Positions 1 through 14,596 of a DNA stretch of 64,000 nucleotides are shown here, piece by piece. The stretch is from assembly GCA_964016885.1 (NCBI GenBank), contig OZ024752.1, forward strand, positions 48,732,001 through 48,796,000, written 5' to 3'. A program made the position numbers and the translations under genes. Position 1 is the stretch's first letter. Every line of letters starts with the position of its first letter. The notes beneath the pieces were generated by a model. The model did not search any database. It worked only from the letters and a program-made list of their open reading frames with translations, and was not told the origin of the DNA. Origin of the DNA: Eledone cirrhosa. Lineage: Eukaryota.

Positions 1-167
1 GGCGACACTATACATAGGCAGCAATAAGAAGAATATAGGCAACACTATACATAGGCAGCAATAAGAAGAATATAGGCAACAACAACAAATTACAACAACT
101 TTTGTGATTTTAATTATTAAAATTCTTAATGTTCATCTCTTTCTCTTTAAATTTAAAACAAAAGAGT

Positions 168-1530
<1,363 letters not shown>

Positions 1531-3016
1531 ACACACAAACAAACACACAAACACACAAACATACACACATACATTCACACATAACCCAAACTACATTCAA
1601 TCACACAAACTTATACACACTTTAACACATACAGGCATACACACAGAGACACCGACAGACAGACAAATCACAGAAGCCCATGCGAGAAGCACCTAGAGCA
1701 AGTTAATCACCTACCAATTCTAATATCTGGAAATTACGTTTCTTTCTGTGGCATAGTTTAATTGTTCTCCTTTTGTGTTTCATCTGTATTGTATGTGATT
1801 GACTGATTCACTGCGAACCTATTCTTTGGTATTGTTTGGTTCATGGATATTATAGAGAAAAATGTGTAGAAAATATAGAGAAATATGTATGTTTGTATGG
1901 ATGTATGCATGTATGTCTATGTATGTAGGTATGTGTATGTGTGTATGTGTGTGTGTGCATGTATGAGTGTATATACATATGTGTGTCTATGTATGTGAGT
2001 ATGTGTGTATGTAGGTATGTGTATGTGTGTATGTGTGCATGTATGTGTGTATATACATATGTCTGTCTATGTATGTGAGTATGTGTGTGTGTGTATGTGT
2101 ATGTGTGTGCATGTATGTGGTGTGTATATACATATGTGTGTCTATGTATGTGAGTATGTGTATGTGAGTATGTGTATGTAGGTATGTGTATGTGTGTGCT
2201 TGTATGTGGTGTGTATATACATATGTCTGTCTATGTATGCAGGTATGTGTATGTAGGTATGTGTATGTAATTATGTGTATGTGTGTATGTGTGCATGTAT
2301 GTGTATGTAATTATGTGTATGTGTGTATGTGTGCATGTATGTGTGTATGTACATATGTGTGTCTATGTATGTGAGTATGTGTATGTAGGTATGTGTATGT
2401 AGGTATGTGTATGTTGGTATGTGTATGCGTGTATGTGTGTATGTGTGCATGTATGTGTGTATATACATATGTGTGTCTATGTATGTGAGTATGTGTATGT
2501 AGGTATGTGTATGTGTGTATATACATATGTCTGTCTATGTATGTAGGTATGTGTATGTGTGTGCATGTATGCGTGTATATACATATGTCTGTGTAGGTAT
2601 GTGTATGTGTGTATGTGTGCATGTATGTGCGTATATACATATGTGTGTCTATGTATGTAAGTATGTGTGTATGTAGGTATGTGTATGTGTGTATGTGTGC
2701 ATGTCTGTGTGTATATACATGTGTGTCTATGTATGTGAGTATGTGTGTATAGGTATGTGTGTGAGTGTGGATGTATGTGTGCATGTATGTATGTATATAC
2801 GTATGTGTGTCCATGTATGTATGAGTGTAGGTATGTCTATGAGTGTAGATGTATGTGTATGTATATATATATATGCATGTATGTATGTAGGGATGTATGT
2901 GTGTATAAATATATCTGTGTGTGTATGTAGGTATAAATATTTGTAAGTATGTATGTATGTATGATATGTGTATGTAGTATGTGTGTATGATTGTGTATAT
3001 ATATATATATATATAT

Positions 3017-3169
3017 AGAAAAATGTTTAACCCTGACAGCAGAACTCAAGTTGAGCTCTGCTGTCAGGGTTAAACATTTTCCTATTACCCTCTCTACTAC
3101 CCTAACTATTGTACTATTGAGTACTCTGGTGCGTTATGGTCCACCTGGTTCCTTACCACACTTCCTTCG

Positions 3170-3171
<2 letters not shown>
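3017..3171 (+). mobile_element. Family B fold-back element, shortest copy
   Basis: Hairpin aaaatgtttaaccctgacagcagaactcaa-g-ttgagctctgctgtcagggttaaacatttt, then the shared tail ...gagtactctggtgcgttatggtccacctggttccttaccac, in (TA)n. Confidence 0.75.
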
Positions 3172-3209
<38 letters not shown>

Positions 3210-3452
3210 ATAATAAATGTGAAGACTAAATCCGAAGAGGGCTTGATAAGGATTCTATATATATATATAAAATATATATATATATATATATATTTAAAAA
3301 TACATATATATATAAATACATATATATATATATTAAAAATATATATATATATATAAATACATATATATATATATAAATACATATATATATATATATATAA
3401 ATAAATACATATATATATATAAATAAATACATATATCTATATAAATAAATAC

Positions 3453-3485
<33 letters not shown>

Positions 3486-3508
3486 CATATATATATATAA
3501 ATAAATAC

Positions 3509-3563
<55 letters not shown>

Positions 3564-3675
3564 CATATATATATGAATATAGACATAGAATATTCGAAAA
3601 TATTCTGTATGTTTATAATAAACATTTTGAAGACCTAATCGCTATAGAATAGAATACGTCACGTATTACAATTAG

Positions 3676-3764
3676 ATTCTCGATAAAAGCAAGGGAAGTA
3701 ATCTACGCGTTTCATTCTTGTTAGAAATCATCAGGACTACATATCCAGTGCTTTTATCGAGAAT
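3676..3764 (-). ncRNA. Type I hammerhead ribozyme, first of 4 minus-strand copies (others 3986-4074, 4296-4384, 4606-4694)
   Basis: Exact reverse complement of 4863-4951 (gtaatctacgcgtttcattcttgttagaaatcatcaggactac at 3698-3740). Confidence 0.88.
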
Positions 3765-4862
3765 GACACAGCTAGAGACTTATAGAATACTTAGCTGTGT
3801 ACAGGAACTGGTTTGAAAGAGCGGTTGCCGGTCCGGCAGAAATTAGAAATTGGAATAAATGCTCTGAAATAGCGATATATATGTGAATATAGACATAGAA
3901 TATTCGAAAATATTCTGTATGTTTATAATAAACATTTTGAAGACCTAATCGCTATAGAATAGAATACGTCACGTATTACAATTAGATTCTCGATAAAAGC
4001 AAGGGAAGTAATCTACGCGTTTCATTCTTGTTAGAAATCATCAGGACTACATATCCAGTGCTTTTATCGAGAATGACACAGCTAGAGACTTATAGAATAC
4101 TTAGCTGTGTACAGGAACTGGTTTGAAAGAGCGGTTGCCGGTCCGGCAGAAATTAGAAATTGGAATAAATGCTCTGAAATAGCGATATATATGTGAATAT
4201 AGACATAGAATATTCGAAAATATTCTGTATGTTTATAATAAACATTTTGAAGACCTAATCGCTATAGAATAGAATACGTCACGTATTACAATTAGATTCT
4301 CGATAAAAGCAAGGGAAGTAATCTACGCGTTTCATTCTTGTTAGAAATCATCAGGACTACATATCCAGTGCTTTTATCGAGAATGACACAGCTAGAGACT
4401 TATAGAATACTTAGCTGTGTACAGGAACTGGTTTGAAAGAGCGGTTGCCGGTCCGGCAGAAATTAGAAATTGGAATAAATGCTCTGAAATAGCGATATAT
4501 ATGTGAATATAGACATAGAATATTCGAAAATATTCTGTATGTTTATAATAAACATTTTGAAGACCTAATCGCTATAGAATAGAATACGTCACGTATTACA
4601 ATTAGATTCTCGATAAAAGCAAGGGAAGTAATCTACGCGTTTCATTCTTGTTAGAAATCATCAGGACTACATATCCAGTGCTTTTATCGAGAATGACACA
4701 GCTAGAGACTTATAGAATACTTAGCTGTGTACAGGAACTGGTTTGAAAGAGCGGTTGCCGGTCCGGCAGAATTCCAATTTCTAATTTCTGCCGGACCGGC
4801 AACCGCTCTTTCAAACCAGTTCCTGTACACAGCTAAGTATTCTATAAGTCTCTAGCTGTGTC

Positions 4863-4951
4863 ATTCTCGATAAAAGCACTGGATATGTAGTCCTGATGAT
4901 TTCTAACAAGAATGAAACGCGTAGATTACTTCCCTTGCTTTTATCGAGAAT
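4863..4951 (+). ncRNA. Type I hammerhead ribozyme, first of 8 plus-strand copies (others 5173-5261, 5483-5571, 5793-5882, 6104-6192, 6414-6502, 6724-6812, 7034-7122)
   Basis: gtagtc-CTGATGA(4893-4899)-t.ttct[aaca]agaa.t-GAAA(4914-4917)-CGCG-TA^-gattac. Stem I gtagtc/gattac is extended past an internal loop by a perfect 16-bp helix attctcgataaaagca/tgcttttatcgagaat. Stem III is minimal and palindromic. Predicted cleavage after 4923 (GUA). Confidence 0.88.
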
Positions 4952-7255
4952 CTAATTGTAATACGTGACGTATTCTATTCTATAGCGATTAGGTCTTCAA
5001 AATGTTTATTATAAACATACAGAATATTTTCGAATATTCTATGTCTATATTCACATATATATCGCTATTTCAGAGCATTTATTCCAATTTCTAATTTCTG
5101 CCGGACCGGCAACCGCTCTTTCAAACCAGTTCCTGTACACAGCTAAGTATTCTATAAGTCTCTAGCTGTGTCATTCTCGATAAAAGCACTGGATATGTAG
5201 TCCTGATGATTTCTAACAAGAATGAAACGCGTAGATTACTTCCCTTGCTTTTATCGAGAATCTAATTGTAATACGTGACGTATTCTATTCTATAGCGATT
5301 AGGTCTTCAAAATGTTTATTATAAACATACAGAATATTTTCGAATATTCTATGTCTATATTCACATATATATCGCTATTTCAGAGCATTTATTCCAATTT
5401 CTAATTTCTGCCGGACCGGCAACCGCTCTTTCAAACCAGTTCCTGTACACAGCTAAGTATTCTATAAGTCTCTAGCTGTGTCATTCTCGATAAAAGCACT
5501 GGATATGTAGTCCTGATGATTTCTAACAAGAATGAAACGCGTAGATTACTTCCCTTGCTTTTATCGAGAATCTAATTGTAATACGTGACGTATTCTATTC
5601 TATAGCGATTAGGTCTTCAAAATGTTTATTATAAACATACAGAATATTTTCGAATATTCTATGTCTATATTCACATATATATCGCTATTTCAGAGCATTT
5701 ATTCCAATTTCTAATTTCTGCCGGACCGGCAACCGCTCTTTCAAACCAGTTCCTGTACACAGCTAAGTATTCTATAAGTCTCTAGCTGTGTCATTCTCGA
5801 TAAAAGCACTGGATATGTAGTCCTGATGATTTCTAACAAGAATGAAACGCGTAGATTACTTCCCTTGCTTTTTATCGAGAATCTAATTGTAATACGTGAC
5901 GTATTCTATTCTATAGCGATTAGGTCTTCAAAATGTTTATTATAAACATACAGAATATTTTCGAATATTCTATGTCTATATTCACATATATATCGCTATT
6001 TCAGAGCATTTATTCCAATTTCTAATTTCTGCCGGACCGGCAACCGCTCTTTCAAACCAGTTCCTGTACACAGCTAAGTATTCTATAAGTCTCTAGCTGT
6101 GTCATTCTCGATAAAAGCACTGGATATGTAGTCCTGATGATTTCTAACAAGAATGAAACGCGTAGATTACTTCCCTTGCTTTTATCGAGAATCTAATTGT
6201 AATACGTGACGTATTCTATTCTATAGCGATTAGGTCTTCAAAATGTTTATTATAAACATACAGAATATTTTCGAATATTCTATGTCTATATTCACATATA
6301 TATCGCTATTTCAGAGCATTTATTCCAATTTCTAATTTCTGCCGGACCGGCAACCGCTCTTTCAAACCAGTTCCTGTACACAGCTAAGTATTCTATAAGT
6401 CTCTAGCTGTGTCATTCTCGATAAAAGCACTGGATATGTAGTCCTGATGATTTCTAACAAGAATGAAACGCGTAGATTACTTCCCTTGCTTTTATCGAGA
6501 ATCTAATTGTAATACGTGACGTATTCTATTCTATAGCGATTAGGTCTTCAAAATGTTTATTATAAACATACAGAATATTTTCGAATATTCTATGTCTATA
6601 TTCACATATATATCGCTATTTCAGAGCATTTATTCCAATTTCTAATTTCTGCCGGACCGGCAACCGCTCTTTCAAACCAGTTCCTGTACACAGCTAAGTA
6701 TTCTATAAGTCTCTAGCTGTGTCATTCTCGATAAAAGCACTGGATATGTAGTCCTGATGATTTCTAACAAGAATGAAACGCGTAGATTACTTCCCTTGCT
6801 TTTATCGAGAATCTAATTGTAATACGTGACGTATTCTATTCTATAGCGATTAGGTCTTCAAAATGTTTATTATAAACATACAGAATATTTTCGAATATTC
6901 TATGTCTATATTCACATATATATCGCTATTTCAGAGCATTTATTCCAATTTCTAATTTCTGCCGGACCGGCAACCGCTCTTTCAAACCAGTTCCTGTACA
7001 CAGCTAAGTATTCTATAAGTCTCTAGCTGTGTCATTCTCGATAAAAGCACTGGATATGTAGTCCTGATGATTTCTAACAAGAATGAAACGCGTAGATTAC
7101 TTCCCTTGCTTTTATCGAGAATCTAATTGTAATACGTGACGTATTCTATTCTATAGCGATTAGGTCTTCAAAATGTTTATTATAAACATACAGAATATTT
7201 TCGAATATTCTATGTCTATATTCACATATATATCGCTATTTCAGAGCATTTATTC

Positions 7256-7301
<46 letters not shown>

Positions 7302-7528
7302 AAATATATATATATAAATACATATATATATATATAAATACATATATATATATATAAATACATATATATATATATATTATATATATAAATACATATATAA
7401 ATATCACCATCATCATCGCTTAACGTCCATCTTCCACGCTTGCATGGGTTTGGAAATATATTTATATATGAGGTTGGTGTTAGGAAGGGCAAATAAATAT
7501 TAATCTGTACTTATGATTATATATATAT

Positions 7529-7583
<55 letters not shown>

Positions 7584-7789
7584 GTATGTTGATACTTGGA
7601 TCCCCTCAAAAAAACCCAAAATATTTATTATAAAGTCTTAAAAAATATCACCATACTTCTGTGACTTGATCCTTGAAACAATTCCAATATGTCAATGACC
7701 AAGTCAAAGATGTTTGACCCGGACACTGTCTAAATATTGTTGTCTGCAATGATTGGGTCATACTTCTATGATATCTGTTCACTGACAAT

Positions 7790-8210
7790 GCCACTATGTT
7801 AATTGCTGGGTCATATTTTTGTGGCCTTGTCATTGACAGTTTCTCTATGTCAATGGCTGGGTCATATTTTTGTGTCTGTGTCATTGACACAGTTTCTCTA
7901 TGTCAATGGCTGGGTCATATTTTTGAGGCTTTGTCATTGACACAGTTTCTCTATGTCAATGGCTGGGTCATATTTTGTGGCCTCGTCATTGACACAGTTT
8001 CTCTATGTCAATGGCTGGGTCATATTTTTGTGGCCTTGTCATTGACACAGTTTCTCTATGTCAATGACAGGGTCATATTTTGTGGCCTTGTCATTGACAG
8101 TTTCTCTATGCCAATGGCTGGGTCATATTTTTGTGGCCTTGTCATTGACACAGCTTCTCTATGTCAATGGTTGGGTCATATTTTTGTGGCTTTGTCATTA
8201 ACACAGTTTC
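7790..8210. repeat. Minisatellite of about 52-53 bp, about 8 units
   Basis: tgtcaatggctgggtcatatttttgtggccttgtcattgacacagtttctcta. Confidence 0.9.
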
Positions 8211-8474
8211 GCTAAACTCTGTTCACCCTTAATGGGATCTTCTGAAACTCAAATTTGGTCTATGGTTTTATATATTTTTATATATATATATAGGAACAAT
8301 CGACTTTCGTCAAATCGGACCGAGGAAACAATGTTTCCGTTGGTCTTTAGTCTCCACATTTATTACCGTCGAGGTTAAATTTGCCTTTCATCTTTACGGT
8401 GTCGATAAAATAAAGTACCAGTAATGCACTGGAAAAATTGCTGGCCTTGTGCCAAAAGTAGAAACAATTATTAT

Positions 8475-8514
<40 letters not shown>

Positions 8515-8515
<1 letters not shown>

Positions 8516-8706
8516 AAATAATAAGACCCCGACGGCAGAGCTCAAGCCGTTTCAACGGCTATTTCTGAGTCCAGAAACAGCCGTCGAAACGGCTTGAACT
8601 CTGCCATCGGGGTCATATTTTTTTCCTATTTGCCACTCTACTACCCTAAGTATTGAGTACTCTGGTGCGTTATGGTCCATCTGGTTCCTTACCACAATTC
8701 CTTTGT

Positions 8707-8708
<2 letters not shown>
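8515..8708 (+). mobile_element. Family B fold-back element
   Basis: Inverted arms gaccccgacggcagagctcaagccgttt...aaacggcttgaactctgccatcggggtc plus the same tail, flanked by (TA)n. Confidence 0.75.
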
Positions 8709-8738
<30 letters not shown>

Positions 8739-9270
8739 CCTGATATAAATATGTTTTACATATTTGAAAGTGTGATTATCTTTCATTAGACTTTGATTAT
8801 GTTACAATACATTGCACCATATTGTATTGTTAGAAGCCAGAACTGCCCTTCTGGCCGATACAGACAATCAATGTTATTGTTAATTGTCTCTTTGTTTTTA
8901 TTTTATTGTCTGTTCCAATGTGTTGTTATTCTATCAATTGTTGCTCTTGTTGTTCTTCTAGTCGTTCTTTTAAAAATATGTTTACAAATCTTTTACATAT
9001 TTTGTGTCTATTATCTCTCCCTCTCTCTCTCTCTCTCTCTCCCTCTGTCTCTCTCTCTCTTTCTCTCTCTCGTCTCTCATTCTCTCTCCCTCTCGTCTCT
9101 CATTCTCTCTCTCTCTCTCTCTCTCTCTGTTTTCAGCTTATCACTTCCTATTGCTGTAAGGTTGTTGTTGTTGTTGTTTGTAGTTCATTGTTTGTTGTTG
9201 TTGTTAAGTTTATTGTTAAAGACTTCACTCAATATACAATGTCTTGATCTCTACCCTACACTTACACTAA

Positions 9271-9303
<33 letters not shown>

Positions 9304-9440
9304 GTATATATGTATATATATAGATATATATATGTATGTATATATATATATAGATATATATATGTATGTATATATATATATACATCTATGTATATATGTA
9401 CATATATATATATTTATATAAGTTTATATATGTGTATACA

Positions 9441-9473
<33 letters not shown>

Positions 9474-10220
9474 GCATGTATGTATATATATATACATATA
9501 TGTATATATGTACATATATATATATTTATATGTATGTTCATCCATATATACAACATATGTGAATAGATTCAGAAATCTATTTACATACACAAAAAAAGTA
9601 TATGCACCCACACACCCACACATACATACATACACACATGTATACATGTATATATACATAAATATGTATATGTGTATATGTAAGTGTGTATGTGTATATG
9701 TAAGTATGTATATGTATATATATGTATCTACGTATGTATATATGAAAAAAATCTACGTTTTGTATATATGTATGTATGTCTATGTATATGTCTATGTATA
9801 TATATATGTACGTATGTATATATATGTATGTATGTATATATCTGTACATATGTCTATGTATGTCTATATATATATATATGTCTATGTATATGTATATATA
9901 TGTACGTATGTATATGTACGTATGTATGTATATGTACATATGTCTATGTATATGTACGTATGCCTATGTATATATATATGTATGTACATCTATGTATATG
10001 TATATGTCTATGTATATGTATATATATATGTTCGTACGTATATGTACGTATGTATATGTACATATGTCTATGTATATGTACGTATGTCTATATATATATA
10101 TATGTATATGTATATGTATATATATGAACGTATGTATATGTACGTATGTATATATATATGTACATATGTCTATATATATGTACGTATGTCTATGTATATA
10201 TATATATATATGTATGTATA

Positions 10221-10292
<72 letters not shown>

Positions 10293-10372
10293 TGTATGGC
10301 TATATGTACATATGTCTATATATATGTACGTATGTCTATGTATATATATATATATGTATATATGTATGTATA

Positions 10373-10428
<56 letters not shown>

Positions 10429-10685
10429 TGTATGGCTATATGTACATATGTCTATATATATGTACGTATGTCTATGTCTATACATATATATATATATATA
10501 TGTATATATATATGTATGTATGGCTATAAAGGTGAGGAGGATATAAAAATCAGTGAATGGAACTCAACACATGAACAATGGACATTATAATAGTGAGACA
10601 TTGAATGGTTCAATATCTCAGTTAAAGCAGAACTAATCTACTGTATTTATACACACTTATCTCCCCCTTACTACATCATCCCTCC

Positions 10686-10736
<51 letters not shown>

Positions 10737-10843
10737 TTCCTGGCCAAGTGTCTCTGTCTGTTGTTTGAGTTTCCCAGTAGCTGTGTTTTGCGGCTTTCAT
10801 ACACGTGCTTTCACAGTTATATACACACATGCAAATATATATG

Positions 10844-10893
<50 letters not shown>

Positions 10894-10922
10894 TGTACAA
10901 GTGTGAACATATGTACATAGAT

Positions 10923-10980
<58 letters not shown>

Positions 10981-11049
10981 ATCTATGTATGTATATCTAT
11001 GTACATGTGTATGTTCACACATGTACATACATACATGCAAATATATATT

Positions 11050-11100
<51 letters not shown>

Positions 11101-11156
11101 ACATGTGTGAAGATATGTACATAGATATACATACATAGATACATATATATATATAC

Positions 11157-11247
<91 letters not shown>

Positions 11248-11383
11248 CAAGCACACAAGGAAAATGTTTATAGACAGGTATCTGTCTGCCTATCTATATA
11301 TACACAGATAGACACACATACATACATAAACATACATACATATATATCATCATCATTTAATGTCCATTTTCCATGCTAGCATG

Positions 11384-11456
<73 letters not shown>

Positions 11457-11739
11457 CAGAGATATTCTACATATATATATATATATGCAGAATATCTGTA
11501 GATAAAAGGTCAAAGAAAACAATGCACAGTCTATTGCAAGAGAGCGTATTTCATATATTTAAAGTTTCATACTCTTGACATGTATGTGTGACCTTAGGTT
11601 TTGGGGCCCAGTTATGGCCACCACCGCATAGTGGGGGAGTTTCTTTAACACAACACCCAATAGTGATACCAGGAAAACATGTTTTGTTGACCTGGAGGAC
11701 CAACTTTTTCAATCTATGCCATGTTGGACATTGTCTCAA

Positions 11740-13566
11740 CTGAAGAGCCCTCCCTACTCATGGTGGAGGTGAAGAGCTCTCTCTACTCACGGTGGGGCTG
11801 AAGAGCCTTCTCTACTCATGGTGGAGGTGATGAGCTCTCTCTACTCACGGTGGCGGTGAAGAGCTCTCTCTACTTACAGTTGCGGTGAAGAGCTCTCTCT
11901 ACTCACGGTGGGGCTGAAGACCTCTCTCTACTCACGGTGGAGGTGAAGAGCCTTCTCTACTCACGGTGGAGGTGAAGAGCCTTCTCTACTCATGGTGGAG
12001 GTGAAGAGCTCTCTCTACTCACGGTGGGGCTGAAGAGCTCCCTCTACTCACGGTGGCGGTGAAGAGCTCTCTCTACTCACGGTGGAGGTGAAGAGCTCTC
12101 TCTACTCACGGTGGGGCTGAAGAGCTCCCTCTACTCACGGTGGCGGTGAAGAGCTCTCTCTACTCACGGTGGAGGTGAAGAGCTCTCTCTACTCACGGTG
12201 GGGCTGAAGAGCTCTCTCTACTCACGGTGGCGGTGAAGAGCTCTCTCTACTCACGGTGGAGGTGAAGAGCTCTCTCTACTCACGGTGGAGGTGAAGAGCC
12301 TTCTCTACTCACGGTGGAGGTGAAGAGCTCTCTCTACTCACGGTGGAGGTGAAGACCTCTCTCTACTCACGGTGGAGGTGAAGACCTCTCTCTACTCACG
12401 GTGGGGCTGAAGACCTCTCTCTACTCACGGTGGGGCTGAAGACCTCTCTCTACTCACGGTGGGGCTGAAGACCTCTCTCTACTCACGGTGGAGGTGAAGA
12501 CCTCTCTCTACTCACGGTGGGGCTGAAGACCTCTCTCTACTCACGGTGGAGGTAAAGACCTCTCTCTACTCACGGTGGGGCTGAAGAGCTCTCTTTACTC
12601 ATGGTGGGGATAACAGGCCCTCTCTACTCATGGTGGGGGGAGAAGAGCTCTCTCTACTCATGGTGGGGCTGAAGAGCTCTCTCTACTCACGGTGGAGGTG
12701 AAGAGCTCTCTCTACTCATGGTGGGGCTGAAGAGCTCTCTCTACTCATGGTGGGGCTGAAGAGCTCTCTCTACTCACGGTGGGGCTGAAGACCTCTCTCT
12801 ACTCACGGTGGGGCTGAAGACCTCTCTCTACTCACGGTGGAGGTGAAGACCTCTCTCTACTCACGGTGGGGCTGAAGACCTCTCTCTACTCACGGTGGAG
12901 GTAAAGACCTCTCTCTACTCACGGTGGGGCTGAAGAGCTCTCTTTACTCATGGTGGGGATAACAGGCCATCTCTACTCATGGTGGGGGGAGAAGAGCTCT
13001 CTCTACTCATGGTGGGGCTGAAGAGCTCTCTCTACTCACGGTGGAGGTGAAGAGCTCTCTCTACTCATGGTGGGGCTGAAGAGCTCTCTCTACTCACGGT
13101 GGAGGTGGTGAAGACCTCTCTCTACTCACGGTGGGGCTGAAGACCTCTCTCTACTCACGGTGGAGGTGAAGAGCTCTCTCTACTCATGGTGGAGGTGAAG
13201 AGCTCTCTCTACTCACGGTGGGGCTGAAGAGCCTTCTCTACTCATGGTGGAGGTGAAGAGCTCTCTCTACTCATGGTGGGGCTGAAGAGCTCTCTCTACT
13301 TACAGTGGCGGTGAAGAGCTCTCTCTACTCACGGTGGGGCTGAAGACCTCTCTCTACTCACGGTGGAGGTGAAGAGCTCTCTCTACTCACGGTGGGGCTG
13401 AAGACCTCTCTCTACTCACGGTGGAGGTGAAGAGCTCTCTCTACTCACGGTGGAGGTGAAGACCCCTCTCTACTCATGGTGGAGGTGAAGACCTCTCTCT
13501 ACTCACGGTGGGGATAACGGGCCCTCTCTACTCATGGTGGGGGGAGAAGAGCTCTCTCTACTCACT
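11740..13566. repeat. 28/29-bp GC-rich minisatellite, about 63 units
   Basis: gaagagctctctctactcacggtgg(a/g/c)g(g/c)t; a variant block (ggggataacaggcc...ggggggagaag) recurs at about 12605, 12955 and 13510. Confidence 0.95.
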
Positions 13567-13860
13567 GGGGGGGGGGGGGGGGTGACTTGTCTCTAGTGAG
13601 ATATATTTTTGGAGGGAATAAGACAGGTGAAAGTAAGAAAGATGATGCGTAAGGTGTGATGGATAAGTGTCAATAAGTGAAAGAAGGGGGAGAGAGGATG
13701 GCAAGTATGATGTCTTGAGTGTATGACAGCGTACGACAAGTTTCATGGGGTTTAAATGGGAGATATGGGGGAGAAAAGGGTTGGGAAAATATGTCATGGG
13801 TGCATGACGACATATGTGGTAAGAATTTGACAGGGTGAGATATAAGAGAGAGGAGAGAAT

Positions 13861-14110
13861 GCTAAAGTGTGGAACAAACTGCCTGTGTCAGTTGTTAGCT
13901 GCCGAGACACTGCATCCTTTAAAACCCTCATGCTTCCCGAAATTCGCTAAAACTACACCTGATGTACCCCTTCCATACACATGCGCACATGTGTATCATG
14001 ACTCATGCACTGTTCATTTTCCTGACGTTTGTACATTACCCTATGTACTATACATGCACCTTTGATGAGTTGTAGTGCACCTGAGCACTGTACACAAGAT
14101 TTCATTATTA
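13861..14110 (+). mobile_element. 3' end of a CR1/L2-clade LINE
   Basis: 13861-13950 translates as AKVWNKLPVSVVSCRDTASFKTLMLPEIR*, matching the WNxLP...FK C-terminal motif of CR1/L2 ORF2. Followed by a 3'UTR-like stretch and a short (ATT)n tail. Confidence 0.7.
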
Positions 14111-14253
14111 TTAAAGTTAACCTCAAATCCCGCCGAGGTTAACTTTGCCTTTCATCCTTACGGGGTCGATAAAATAAAGTACCAGTAAAACACTGGGTAT
14201 TTGCTGGCCTTGTGCCAAAAGTAGAAACAATTATTATAAGTACACACACACAC

Positions 14254-14288
<35 letters not shown>

Positions 14289-14596
14289 GCTCTATAGCGA
14301 CAGAGAGATGCAAGTGTACACTATGCATATGTACATCGTCAAACATATATAAGTAGATGTGTAGCTTGTGACAAGTAACGGTGCTCTATATAATAGAATT
14401 AGCTCTGTTTTAAGACATTTTACCAGTGATAAACTTTAATTAAATTATGTAAAAAGAATCTCAACATGGCTTCCTGTTCTATCTGGGACTTGACACAGCC
14501 ATGATCAGACAAACAAGCTTAACTACATTGCTTTACCAATATTATCGCAACCAAACATCGACATCTTACTGCTTTTATATCAACATGTAAATAATG

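Larger units (their letters stand above)
3574..7258. mobile_element. Retrozyme/Penelope-type HHR element: tandem 310-bp units in two inverted arms, flanked by (TA)n
   Basis: Exact 310-bp period (units start 4771, 5081, 5391, 5701, then +1 nt: 6012, 6322, 6632, 6942). Left arm 3574-4770 is the reverse complement of the right-arm unit. One HHR per unit. The track shows no ORF within the array. Confidence 0.85.

Noticed and set aside
7648-7790. Ras-like KYDPII motif / 80-aa ORF on the minus strand
   Set aside because: The motif comes from the degenerate minisatellite unit; in the KYDPII frame it is bounded by stops and no other GTPase motifs are present.
8292-8366. Hairpin-containing dispersed fragment (related pieces at about 3206-3230 and 21437-21483) as another hammerhead
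   Set aside because: It has a GAAA and a hairpin but no valid core or UH cleavage site.
11740-13566. 29-bp repeats (and the 62-bp array) as a CRISPR array
   Set aside because: Units are contiguous with no unique spacers, there are no cas genes, and the context is eukaryotic.
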